Shown: positions 29,838 to 39,348 of the stretch, piece by piece
Layout of the letters: each line of letters begins with the position of its first letter
Position numbering within the stretch: the stretch's first letter is position 1
Source of the DNA: an uncultured Bacilli bacterium
GTDB lineage: Bacteria > Bacillota_I > Bacilli_A > RFN20 > CAG-631
DNA: 64,000 bases
Direction: 5' to 3'
NCBI GenBank assembly: GCA_947627355.1
Contig: CANQVX010000004.1
Span: 12,459-76,458, forward strand
Translations under genes and position numbers: made by a program
The notes under the pieces: model-generated
What the model saw: the letters and a program-made list of their open reading frames with translations, nothing else
Databases searched by the model: none
Told to the model about the DNA's origin: nothing

Positions 29838-31309
29838 TCAACAATTTCTCCTTCGGTTTCTTTAACCCTTTCTTGTAATTTCTTACGGTCAACATCGTAT
29901 TTTCTTAAAATTAAGATAGAAGCTAATGAAAAGATAAATGGTAAACCAATAAAGACAAAAGCAATACCAGCTCTTGCTAAATCAGTTTGATGCATAATTA
30001 GATCAGTTGCAGCATTTACAGTTTCATTAGGTTTAATATATTGTGTTACTTGTAAAGCAAGTCCTAATAATAAATTAGGAATACTTTTACCAACCTTGAA
30101 CATGAAAGAAACCACACCATGATAAGCTCCTTCATTCTTTTCTTCTTTAGTGATACAAAAGTCAATTGCATCAGGCATTAATGAATGTGGAATCATTTCA
30201 AAACTACCAAAGCCAAAGCCAATTAAAACAACTGCGATATAGCCATACCATGGAAATAATTTAAGTGAATCAATCATACCTGGAGCAACACTAGTTGTAA
30301 TTCCATCACTACTTAATCCTCGACGAGGAATAAATAATAAGATAAATAGACCAACCATCATTAAGATAGCTCCTAAGTTTTGAGCAAACTTCTTACTCTT
30401 TTTCTTACTAATAAAAGCAAAAAGAGGAACAAATAACATGGCAAGAATTACAACAGTTCCAGCAATTGGAGTAAATAATCTAGGTAGTTCAATATAAGAA
30501 GTTAGATAATAAGTAAGAGCTAGATTAATAGTAGTTAGACATAGATTAGTGAATAAATAATTGAAACATACTAATCTAAATGGTCTAACTTTCATAGAAT
30601 CAACAAAATATTTTTTAAATGAGAATTTAGTTTCTTTATTTTCAATTGGTTTTTCTTTTAAAAAGAAAGCAGATACTAAACCAAATACAGCAACTAAAGC
30701 ACCCATAACAAGACCTAAAATTCTAAAACCATTACCGCTAGCACCAGTAACATTAGATAGATGGAAAAAATCAGGTAAGATAACTGATACTAAAGTAGCA
30801 ATGATAATAAATACTGTTCTATAAGCAGCAAGTGATGTTCTAACATCATAATCATGAGTGATATCACTAGCAATAGTACCATAAGGTGTATGGTAACAAG
30901 TAATAAGCAAGATATAAAGTAAATATAGAACAAATAAAATACTAACTTTTAGAAATTGACTTGAGTTTTCAGCAAGTGTTGGTAGACAAAATAGCAAAAT
31001 AACTGAGATTGCTAGTGGAACTGTCCACTTAAGCATGAAACTACGTCTCCTACCAAACTTAGATTTACTTTTATCACTTAGATAGCCAATATATGGATCA
31101 GTGATAGCGTCAAAAAAGACACCTGAAAAAGTAATAACCCCAGCCCAAATAGGAGCAATTCCTAAATAGTCGGTACAAAACTTCATTAAAAAGAAATTAA
31201 TAATCGAAATAATTAAAGTGGCAGGAAATTCACCTAGCCCATAGATTAATTTAGTGGAAAAAGGGAAATTTGATTTTATCACATTTGCTTTTTCTTTCAA
31301 TTTCATCAT
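29834..31309 (-). CDS. MFS transporter, glycoside-pentoside-hexuronide (GPH):cation symporter family
   Basis: GPH signature DAITDPYIGYLSDKSKSKFGRRR. 12 predicted TM helices. Overlaps the amidohydrolase start by 4 nt, so the two form an operon. Confidence 0.75.
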   Translation of the reverse strand: MMKLKEKANVIKSNFPFSTKLIYGLGEFPATLIISIINFFLMKFCTDYLGIAPIWAGVITFSGVFFDAITDPYIGYLSDKSKSKFGRRRSFMLKWTVPLAISVILLFCLPTLAENSSQFLKVSILFVLYLLYILLITCYHTPYGTIASDITHDYDVRTSLAAYRTVFIIIATLVSVILPDFFHLSNVTGASGNGFRILGLVMGALVAVFGLVSAFFLKEKPIENKETKFSFKKYFVDSMKVRPFRLVCFNYLFTNLCLTTINLALTYYLTSYIELPRLFTPIAGTVVILAMLFVPLFAFISKKKSKKFAQNLGAILMMVGLFILLFIPRRGLSSDGITTSVAPGMIDSLKLFPWYGYIAVVLIGFGFGSFEMIPHSLMPDAIDFCITKEEKNEGAYHGVVSFMFKVGKSIPNLLLGLALQVTQYIKPNETVNAATDLIMHQTDLARAGIAFVFIGLPFIFSLASILILRKYDVDRKKLQERVKETEGEIVE

Positions 31310-31326
31310 CTCCTTAAGACGGTATA

Positions 31327-31374
31327 ATTATAAACTAAATAAACTAAAAAGACAATTTTTTAAAAATTGTCTTT
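31327..31374 (-). promoter_or_regulatory. promoter of the GPH/amidohydrolase operon with a 13-bp perfect palindrome over the -35
   Basis: Minus strand: TTGTCT, 17 nt, TATAAT, then SD AAGGAG. AAAGACAATTTTT-t-AAAAATTGTCTTT (31348-31374) is a perfect 13-bp-arm inverted repeat. Confidence 0.45.
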
Positions 31375-31647
31375 AATGCTCGATTTTTAATCTAGTTCTT
31401 ACCATCTTAAGGTATAACCTAATAAGTTTTTACCAGTCCAATTATTAACGTCAAATCTTTTATTATCAGTTATTGCTATTCCATTAGCTCAGATTCTATC
31501 ATTAATAGCACATTCAACTAATAAAGCATCATTGGTAGCTATTTTTTCTTTTCGAGCCATTTTTATTATAAATGTAAACCAATAAAAATACAGTTTTTAT
31601 ACTTTTTATTGTTTAAAAGTTTATAATATCAACATGGATGATAAAAC

Positions 31648-32007
31648 ATGAACAAACAAATTATAGAAATCTATCAAAAATTAAAGAAATCACCTTTTAG
31701 ATCAAAGTTTCATCTAAGACAAAATGAACTTGATTATGTTAATCAAAATGGAATGGATGTTATAAGAAACCACGCCTATGATTTTATAAATAAAAGGCTT
31801 GCCCCTGTTATCATTTTAAATGATGGAAAGCAAACCCCAATGAAAGGTCATCCTGTCTTTATTGCTCAACATGCAACTGCCACTTGTTGTCGTAATTGTT
31901 TATATAAATGGCATCACATAGCAAAAGATAAATGTTTAACTAATCAAGAAATTGATTATGTGGTTGATACGATTATGTATTGGATTGAACAAGAAATCAA
32001 TAATTGA
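31648..32007 (+). CDS. small conserved hypothetical protein, DUF4186-like
   Basis: 119 aa with the block HPVFIAQHATATCCRNCLYKWH, which resembles the DUF4186 family signature. Assigned from memory. Confidence 0.4.
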   Translation: MNKQIIEIYQKLKKSPFRSKFHLRQNELDYVNQNGMDVIRNHAYDFINKRLAPVIILNDGKQTPMKGHPVFIAQHATATCCRNCLYKWHHIAKDKCLTNQEIDYVVDTIMYWIEQEINN

Positions 32008-32495
32008 TAACACTCCAATAACCTTTTGTATTGCCAACTCTTAATAAAAAACCTTTATCTTCCAATAAGTAATGAAAGGTCATTAATAGATATTTTTTGA
32101 TTTTGGTTTAGAATATTTAATATTTTTGTTTCATCACTAGATAATTCATTTTTTTATCATTATTTATTTGATTTACCCCATTTGACCGACAAAAAACAAT
32201 TTAATATATTCAATCTTAATATTTGCTGTTTTTCCAAGCGATTAATTCATTTTTAATTATCTTTTCCATATAATCATCTCTACACCATTATTATATGATT
32301 ACATATGGCTTTTTTCATTTTTCCTATGGTAGAATGTGATTTTGATTACAAAAAAACATAGATAATACGTGATTGTGTTAAAAAAGGTTTAGAAATGTGT
32401 TTAGATTATTTGATGTATGTATTATATGATTGTAAGAAAAATTATGTTATCTTTTAAACTGATTATGCAACAATAACAGGATTGTTTTAAAACAA

Positions 32496-32530
32496 TAAAA
32501 ACTAAGAAGCTTAATATCACTTCTTAGTTA
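32496..32530 (-). terminator. rho-independent terminator after the XRE/beta-helix gene
   Basis: On the minus strand: CTAAGAAG-tgatattaag-CTTCTTAG followed by TTTTT. Confidence 0.65.
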
Positions 32531-32539
32531 TACATAGTA

Positions 32540-33234
32540 TTATTCTTTATAAATATTCTTGCATGAAATGTTATTACAATTAATTGGTGATTTACAATGC
32601 AAATCATTAGTTACAAAAATGTTATCGCATTCAAGTGAACCATCTATATATAAATTACCTTTGCACTCAATACCACCATGAGTGACATTGACATCGCCAC
32701 AAATTTTTTGACAAGCCGTGTTACCGGCAGTAACAGTAAGATTTCCACTAACTTCTTGACAACACACTGCGCCAGAACTAACAACAAGATCTCCACTAAC
32801 CTTTTGACAATTTATAGCGCCAGCATTAACACTAACATTACCATCAACTGAACCATCAATTTGGACATCACCATTAACTTCAACATTAAAAATAGCTTTG
32901 TCATTATCAAAATATGGTATCTTTAAATTAATTTTCTCAGTAATTTCATCAACAGCTAATAATTTATGACCATGGTATTGAACAACTCTAATTTTATCGT
33001 CATCAGCCCAAGAAAAAGTTTCTTTTTCGTTAACATCTTCAAGTAATAAGCTATCAATTGAAACATTAAAAGCTTCAGCAATAGTTGGAAGCAATTCAAT
33101 ATCAGGATATGATAAACCACATTCCCATTTGCTAACAGCTTGGACACTTACATGACAAATATCAGCTAGTTGTTCTTGACTTAAATTAGATTCTTTTCTA
33201 AATTTTTTGATTTTATTTGCTAAGATTGTTTTCA
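32540..33234 (-). CDS. XRE-family HTH regulator fused to a Cys-rich repetitive beta-helix (bactofilin/DUF4097-like) C-terminal domain
   Basis: N-terminal HTH_3 (LSQEQLADICHVSVQAVSKWECGLSYPDIELL). C-terminal repeats of the (V/I)xGx(V/L)xVxxGxxxC type (NVSVNAGAINCQKVSGDLVVSSGAVCCQEVSGNLTVTAGNTACQKICGDVNVTHGGIECKGNLYIDGSLECDNIFV). Probable start at the MKTIL methionine, which has the SD AGAAGGGAAC. The ORF-track TTG start is further upstream. Confidence 0.65.
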
Positions 33235-33381
33235 TAAAAAGTTCCCTTCTTTCAATTAATTTATACCATACATTAGATAAAAAACATAGATATTGTTCGT
33301 TGATATTTTTTAAAATAAATTCAACCAATGGTTGAATTAATAAAAAAGATTGACACTAATATCAATCTTAATCATTTTAAG

Positions 33382-33458
<77 letters not shown>

Positions 33459-33490
33459 AAGCAAGAAAAATGATAACATATTTTAATTAA

Positions 33491-35341
33491 TTATACAAAT
33501 AAGACAAGAATAAAATGAATAATAGAAGCTAACACATAAGAAAACAAAACTTGAAAAACTACCGATAGAATGAATGTTTTTCTATCATTTAGTTCGTGTT
33601 TTAATGTGCTTATAGCATTGATACAAGGAATGGTAAACAAATTAAAACAAATAAAAGAATAAGCACTACTTTTATCAAATAAAGAAAAGATATTTTTACT
33701 ACTAGATAATTCATTTATCATTGTAAGTGATGTAATTACTTGTTCTTTGGCTATTATTCCTTGTAGACTAGCTATTACTACTCGATAATCATTTTTACCA
33801 ATAACAGGATAGAATAGCCAACTTATCTTTTTACTAATAATAGCTAATATACTATTATCTACACTACAATAATTAAAATTCATATCAAATGATAATAAAA
33901 ACCAAGATACTAGACAGGAGGCTAGAATAATAGTACTAGTCTTTTTTATAAAATGAATTGTTTTAAATAAGGAATCACTTATAACATATTTCATATTAGG
34001 TATTTGATATGATGGTATTTCAAATAAATAAGAGGTCTTATTTATCTTGAAATAGAACGTATTTAAGATTATTGCTGAAATAAAAATAACTAGAATACTT
34101 AATAAATAAAATGATAAAGCTATCAGCCAAGCATAATCCTTAAAAAAATAACTAGAAAAGATACTAATCATTGGAAGTTTAGCAAGACATGGGATAAAAG
34201 GAGTTAACATAATTGTAAGTTTTCTTTCTTTATCATCAGTTATAGTTCTAGTTGATATAATTCCATGAACAGAACAATTAATGCCTAATATAAATGGAAT
34301 TAATGATTTACCACTTAAATGAAACTTTTGAAATATCTTATCAAAGATAAAACCAATTCTTGCTAAATAGCCACATGATTCTAAAATACCTATACCAATA
34401 AATAAGAAAAATATTTGAAAAACGAATTTAAATAGGCTAAACAAAGGATAAACTATACCTTTATTTACTAAACTAAATAGCCAAACATGCGCATTGTTAT
34501 TAGTTAAGAAAATATTAATCTTGTTTATTAAAATTAATTCGATTCTATCGAATAATTTATCACTTATACTACCAATTATATGAATTGAAAAATAATAAAT
34601 AAAACCCATGATAATTATAAAGAAAATAAAAGCTAGATATTTATTTAAAAGGATCTTATCTATTTTATCACTAATAGATGGTTTATTATCAATTTTAGTA
34701 ACTAATAACTGATAACATTTACTGGCATAGTTATAATAACTAGTTGTTATTAATTCATGATAGTAATCATTTTTAGATAATTCAAGAATCGTATTTATTC
34801 TATTATCTTTACTTGATATAATTTTATTTTCTATGATTCTATCGAATATTTTTAATGTTTTATGATTGTTTTTGTAATTTTTTATTAATGATATTAATTT
34901 GTCGTAATTATTATCTTTTAGGGCTGATATTGTAATCATATCACATCCAAAGATGTTTCTAGCCTTATTTATATCAAATGTATTATGTTTATTAAATTCA
35001 TCAATCTTATTGAATATTAATATAATTGGTTTATTTAATTCTAGTAATTGTAAGGCTAGATATAAACTACGTTCAAGATAATTGATATCAATTACATTTA
35101 AGATACAATCATATTCATTATTCAATAAATAATTAGTTGTTATTTGTTCATCAATTGAGGTGGCATTTAATGAATAAATGCCGGGTAAATCGATAATATT
35201 TAAGTTTGTATTGCTTATATTTGCTTCAATTTTATCAACTGTTACACCAGGATAATTTCCAACACTAGCATGTTTATTTGTTAAGGCGTTGAATAGAGTT
35301 GTTTTACCACAATTGGGATTTCCTACTAAAGCTATGTTCAT
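33491..35341 (-). CDS. feoB: ferrous iron transporter FeoB-like (G-protein domain plus membrane permease)
   Basis: N-terminal GTPase MNIALVGNPNCGKTTLFNALT...DLPGIYSL. Long polytopic C-terminal domain. 616 aa. No feoA next to it. Confidence 0.75.
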   Translation of the reverse strand: MNIALVGNPNCGKTTLFNALTNKHASVGNYPGVTVDKIEANISNTNLNIIDLPGIYSLNATSIDEQITTNYLLNNEYDCILNVIDINYLERSLYLALQLLELNKPIILIFNKIDEFNKHNTFDINKARNIFGCDMITISALKDNNYDKLISLIKNYKNNHKTLKIFDRIIENKIISSKDNRINTILELSKNDYYHELITTSYYNYASKCYQLLVTKIDNKPSISDKIDKILLNKYLAFIFFIIIMGFIYYFSIHIIGSISDKLFDRIELILINKINIFLTNNNAHVWLFSLVNKGIVYPLFSLFKFVFQIFFLFIGIGILESCGYLARIGFIFDKIFQKFHLSGKSLIPFILGINCSVHGIISTRTITDDKERKLTIMLTPFIPCLAKLPMISIFSSYFFKDYAWLIALSFYLLSILVIFISAIILNTFYFKINKTSYLFEIPSYQIPNMKYVISDSLFKTIHFIKKTSTIILASCLVSWFLLSFDMNFNYCSVDNSILAIISKKISWLFYPVIGKNDYRVVIASLQGIIAKEQVITSLTMINELSSSKNIFSLFDKSSAYSFICFNLFTIPCINAISTLKHELNDRKTFILSVVFQVLFSYVLASIIHFILVLFV

Positions 35342-35423
35342 CTAGTTATTCCTCAACTAATTATATGAAGATATGATAATAATAATGTTTATTTTTCCAT
35401 ATATTTAATTAGGTGAAACTAGC

Positions 35424-35798
35424 ATGGATGAATTCAATGATAACAACAAATATATTAATCAAATGAATACTCAAATATTTTTTATCATCCTTGCTATTGT
35501 TTCCTTATGTATTTCTATTTATGTTATCGAAGGATTCAAAGATATCATTAAAAACCCTACAAATCCTAGACATAGTCAAGATGAACTACATGACTTAGCT
35601 ATCTTTGCTTCAATACTTACAACAATTGTTACTTTTTATTTTTTACATCTAGCATATAAAAACTATAAAAATAGCAACAGCAATTCTAATAGCATTTATC
35701 TATTTGTTGCTATTGTTATTGCCATTGCTACTTTAATTCGTTTAATAAATCTTATTAATTCACCATTTGGTAATGAAACTGCTAATGAAATAATCTAA
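35424..35798 (+). CDS. small hypothetical membrane protein with an NSNSNS repeat
   Basis: 124 aa with three hydrophobic helices. SD AGGTGA. (AAYAGC)4 simple-sequence repeat in the coding sequence. Confidence 0.4.
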   Translation: MDEFNDNNKYINQMNTQIFFIILAIVSLCISIYVIEGFKDIIKNPTNPRHSQDELHDLAIFASILTTIVTFYFLHLAYKNYKNSNSNSNSIYLFVAIVIAIATLIRLINLINSPFGNETANEII

Positions 35799-35880
35799 TT
35801 ATCCTTTTATAAATTTTTGACTAGGACTTTTTGGTTTATCTGGGATTGTCATCTTAAGTTTTCCTTCTAAGACTAGAGGA

Positions 35881-37530
35881 TTAACGATTTTGCTCGTTTT
35901 CTAATACTTTACTAGTTTTTCTAAAAATGTTTTTACAAGATAATAAATCAAAACAAGATTTAAATTCATTGTAACGTTTAAATATCTTAGCTATTAAAAA
36001 TGTTAATAAAACAACGATTAAAGAAAATACCATGCCAAAACTAAAACCTGTAAAGTCAACAAAGACATCAGTCCAAGATGCATACCTATCGATAGCAATC
36101 ATTTGTAAACCTTCAGATAAACAAGATAAAGCAAAACCAGTAACTATAGCTAAAGGTAATGCTAAATAACGTTTTCTAATTAAAAATAAATAAACACAAT
36201 AAAAACCAAAACCTAAAACAGAAAACAATAATAAGTGACCTAAAATCTTTCTAATAAATTGACCAAAAGTTTTATATAGTTTGATATGTAAAGTTATGGT
36301 TGTACTTATTTCAGGATTTTTATTATAAGTTGCTTTGATTACTAATTTTCCAAGTGATTGAGGCCTAAATGAACTACCATTAATACTAGCTTTTCCTTTT
36401 ATTACTTTATAAGTAACATCATCGATATAATAATTACCATCAAATGCTCTAATTGTTGTTAGTTGGTCAACTACTAATATATCAGCGGTTAAGATTTCAA
36501 TTTTAGTTGGCTCATCAATATAACAATTAACAAGAATTGAAATATTAACATTTTCATCAAATATTGAATTAGCTGTTATTAAAACTTTACCAACATTATA
36601 AGTATCAAATATATTCATATTATGACTTGATAAAATAGTTTTATCAGTAGGATTAGTATAACTATAATCTAAAAATAAATTATCTTTTGCCTTTTCAGGA
36701 ACAGTTAAAACTAAATCTTTGAAATTAAATTTACTATAAGGTTTTACATTATAAACATTATCATCACTAACATATTCAGGATTAATAATTATCGATTCTA
36801 TCGGAATATAATTAGGATTATCTAAGACTGTGACTTCAATTTGATACTGTTTAGTTTTATCTATTTTATTAGTTAAAATAATGGTTTCTTTACCTGGCTT
36901 TTTAGCTATTAGTAAATTGTTTTTGATATCACAATAAGCTCGATTATTTAAAAATGAAGTATCGTAAAGAGAAACAAGTGTATGCTCATTGTTTTGATCA
37001 TATAAATACATTAATTGTCTAGTTCCGCTATAAACATTTTGATTTTGAAAAGTTATTGAACTTATTTTATCTGGTTTATTTCCAAAACATTTAACTTCCA
37101 CATAGTTATAAACACTAGGATTACTTTTTAAATATGCATAGACTAAAATACAACCGCCATGATTAAAACTAACAATGCCATTTTTGTCGACAGAAACGAC
37201 ATCTTCTGGATAGTAGTCCTCTTTTTTTGTTTTATATATAAGTTCAGTATCATTACTTTCTTTAGGAACGAAGTCTACTTTGACTTCACTAGTTTCACCA
37301 ATGTATTTAAAGGGAACTGAAATAGTAAAACTGGTTGGACTAATTATTTTACCACTACCTTCTGTTACAATTTCATCGCCTCTGTTTCCGGTTAATTGTC
37401 CACTTATTTTAGAACTTTTATCGCCAGGAAGTAATGATTGAACAATCATAAATACTGTTGTGATAAATGTAAAGACAATTGCAAGAATTGCAATGATTCT
37501 TAAAATGTTAAATCCTTTTTGTTTAGTCAT
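35881..37530 (-). CDS. membrane protein with N-terminal signal anchor, large extracellular region and C-terminal VanZ-like multi-TM domain
   Basis: The C-terminus (HLLLFSVLGFGFYCVYLFLIRKRYLALPLAIVTGFALSCLSEGLQMIAIDRYASWTDVFVDFTGFSFGMVF) resembles the VanZ family. The N-terminal roughly 420 aa are predicted extracellular and beta-rich. Confidence 0.55.
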   Translation of the reverse strand: MTKQKGFNILRIIAILAIVFTFITTVFMIVQSLLPGDKSSKISGQLTGNRGDEIVTEGSGKIISPTSFTISVPFKYIGETSEVKVDFVPKESNDTELIYKTKKEDYYPEDVVSVDKNGIVSFNHGGCILVYAYLKSNPSVYNYVEVKCFGNKPDKISSITFQNQNVYSGTRQLMYLYDQNNEHTLVSLYDTSFLNNRAYCDIKNNLLIAKKPGKETIILTNKIDKTKQYQIEVTVLDNPNYIPIESIIINPEYVSDDNVYNVKPYSKFNFKDLVLTVPEKAKDNLFLDYSYTNPTDKTILSSHNMNIFDTYNVGKVLITANSIFDENVNISILVNCYIDEPTKIEILTADILVVDQLTTIRAFDGNYYIDDVTYKVIKGKASINGSSFRPQSLGKLVIKATYNKNPEISTTITLHIKLYKTFGQFIRKILGHLLLFSVLGFGFYCVYLFLIRKRYLALPLAIVTGFALSCLSEGLQMIAIDRYASWTDVFVDFTGFSFGMVFSLIVVLLTFLIAKIFKRYNEFKSCFDLLSCKNIFRKTSKVLENEQNR

Positions 37531-37754
37531 ATAATAATCCTTTCATTAATAACTTTCTTTTAATAAAAAATCTGCGATATAAATAATTTCAATTCCTTTA
37601 GCATTTCAATTTATTATAAAATTTCCGATAAAAACGTAATTTTAACACCTTTTATGATTTAAAAAGGTGATGTTTTCTAAATGATTATATAATTAAAATG
37701 ATAATAAAACCTCCAGGCATATAAATAATAGCAAAACATTCAAAATTGTTCAAA

Positions 37755-37877
37755 GGTTTTTACTCCTATAGAAGTAAAAAGTATATCAAATTACGAAGTT
37801 TTAACTCCTATGGAAGTAAAAAGTATATCAAATTACAAAGTTTTTACTTCTATACAAGAAAAAAGTGTCAAAAACAA
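37755..37877. repeat. tandem direct repeat, about 2.8 copies of a 42-43 bp unit, each carrying a palindrome
   Basis: Units GTTTTTACTCCTATAGAAGTAAAAAGTATATCAAATTACGAA / GTTTTAACTCCTATGGAAGTAAAAAGTATATCAAATTACAAA / degenerate third copy. Each contains TTTTTACTcCTATAGaAGTAAAAA, an inverted repeat with 8-bp arms around a CTATAG core. Confidence 0.8.
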
Positions 37878-37905
37878 TTTCTATCATTTTTAACACTTTT
37901 ATTAT

Positions 37906-39330
37906 TTACTTTTCTTGTTTATTAATAATAACTCTTGCTATTTTAACACCATTAGCACCGGCTTGAGCTAAGCCTCTAGTGATACCCGCACCATCGCCAC
38001 CAACAAATAGATTTTTAATGGCTTTTGTTTCAAATTCATTGGTTACATCAACTCGATCAGAATAAAACTTAGCTTCAACCCCATAAAACAAAGTATGGTC
38101 AGTAGCAATACCAGGAGTTACATGATCTAAAGCTTGAATCATTTCGATAATAGATTTCATAGCTTTATAAGGTAAAATTAAGCCTAAATCGCCAGGAACT
38201 GCTTCTTTTAAGGTTGGTCTTACAAAGCCCTCATCAATTCTTTTCTTAGTTGATCTTCTACCGAGTAAGATATCACCATATTTTTGAACAATAACACTAC
38301 CACCACTTAATTTATTAGCTAGTTCACTGATTTCTTTAGCGTATTCATTAGAATTTTTAAATGGATCATCAAATTCTAATGAAACTAATAAAGCAAAGTT
38401 AGTGTTTTGACTACCAAGTCCACTATCATGATAGGAGTGACCATTACATACCATAACACCATTATGGTTTTCAATAACAACATAACCACTAGGATTAGAA
38501 CAGAAAGTTCTAACTTGAGTTCCTAAGGTAGTGGCATAGATAAATTTACCTTCATAAAGGTATTTATTGATTTCATCCATGATAATGTTATTAGTTTCAA
38601 CTCTAACACCAATATCAACACGATTGTTGAAACATTTAACGTGATATTTGTTAAGTGTTTTAGTTAACCATTCAGCACCAGGACGACCAACACCTAGCAC
38701 TACATATTTAGCATTTATTACTTGATTATCATTTACAACCACACCAGTAATAGTATCATTTTCAACTAAAATATCTTTCACTTTTGTTGCAAACATGAAA
38801 TCAACATGTTGTTTTAAAGTTTCATAAATGTTTTTTAAGACATTCAAGTTTAATTCAGTACCTAGATGTCTTACTTCACTACGAAGAAGTTTTAAACCTA
38901 CTGCAATACCTCTTTTTTCAATTTCATAAACTTCTTTTGATTGAGGATTAGTTAATTCTTCAGGAGCACCATGCTTTAAATTAATAGCATCAACATAACG
39001 AATTAAATCTAATACTTCATCATCACTTAAATAATCAGTCATCCAACCACCAAAGTTACTAGTGATATTAAACTTACCATCAGAAAAAGCTCCACAACCA
39101 CCAAAACCACTAGTCATTGAACAACTTGGTTTACAACCGCTGTTACCATAAATATCTTGAGGGCATTGTTTAATTTTCTTTTGTAAAATTGGACAAGTAC
39201 GTTTATAGATATCAAGGCCTTTATCAATAACTAAGACTTTTAAATCTTTTGCTTTTTCCATTAATTCATAAGCAGTAAAAATACCAGTCGGACCAGCACC
39301 TACAATAATTACATCATAATTAGTTTTCAT
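37906..39330 (-). CDS. FAD-dependent oxidoreductase (COG2509-type NAD(FAD)-utilizing dehydrogenase)
   Basis: N-terminal dinucleotide-binding DVIIVGAGPTGIFTAYEL. C-terminal GGDGAGITRGLAQAGANG. 474 aa. Confidence 0.65.
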   Translation of the reverse strand: MKTNYDVIIVGAGPTGIFTAYELMEKAKDLKVLVIDKGLDIYKRTCPILQKKIKQCPQDIYGNSGCKPSCSMTSGFGGCGAFSDGKFNITSNFGGWMTDYLSDDEVLDLIRYVDAINLKHGAPEELTNPQSKEVYEIEKRGIAVGLKLLRSEVRHLGTELNLNVLKNIYETLKQHVDFMFATKVKDILVENDTITGVVVNDNQVINAKYVVLGVGRPGAEWLTKTLNKYHVKCFNNRVDIGVRVETNNIIMDEINKYLYEGKFIYATTLGTQVRTFCSNPSGYVVIENHNGVMVCNGHSYHDSGLGSQNTNFALLVSLEFDDPFKNSNEYAKEISELANKLSGGSVIVQKYGDILLGRRSTKKRIDEGFVRPTLKEAVPGDLGLILPYKAMKSIIEMIQALDHVTPGIATDHTLFYGVEAKFYSDRVDVTNEFETKAIKNLFVGGDGAGITRGLAQAGANGVKIARVIINKQEK

Positions 39331-39348
39331 AGTGTTAATTCCTTTCGT

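Noticed and set aside
35676-35699. (AAYAGC)4 simple-sequence repeat encoding NSNSNSNS as a phase-variation tract.
   Set aside because: The unit is 6 nt, so length changes preserve the reading frame. It is imperfect and short, so a contingency-locus role is unlikely.
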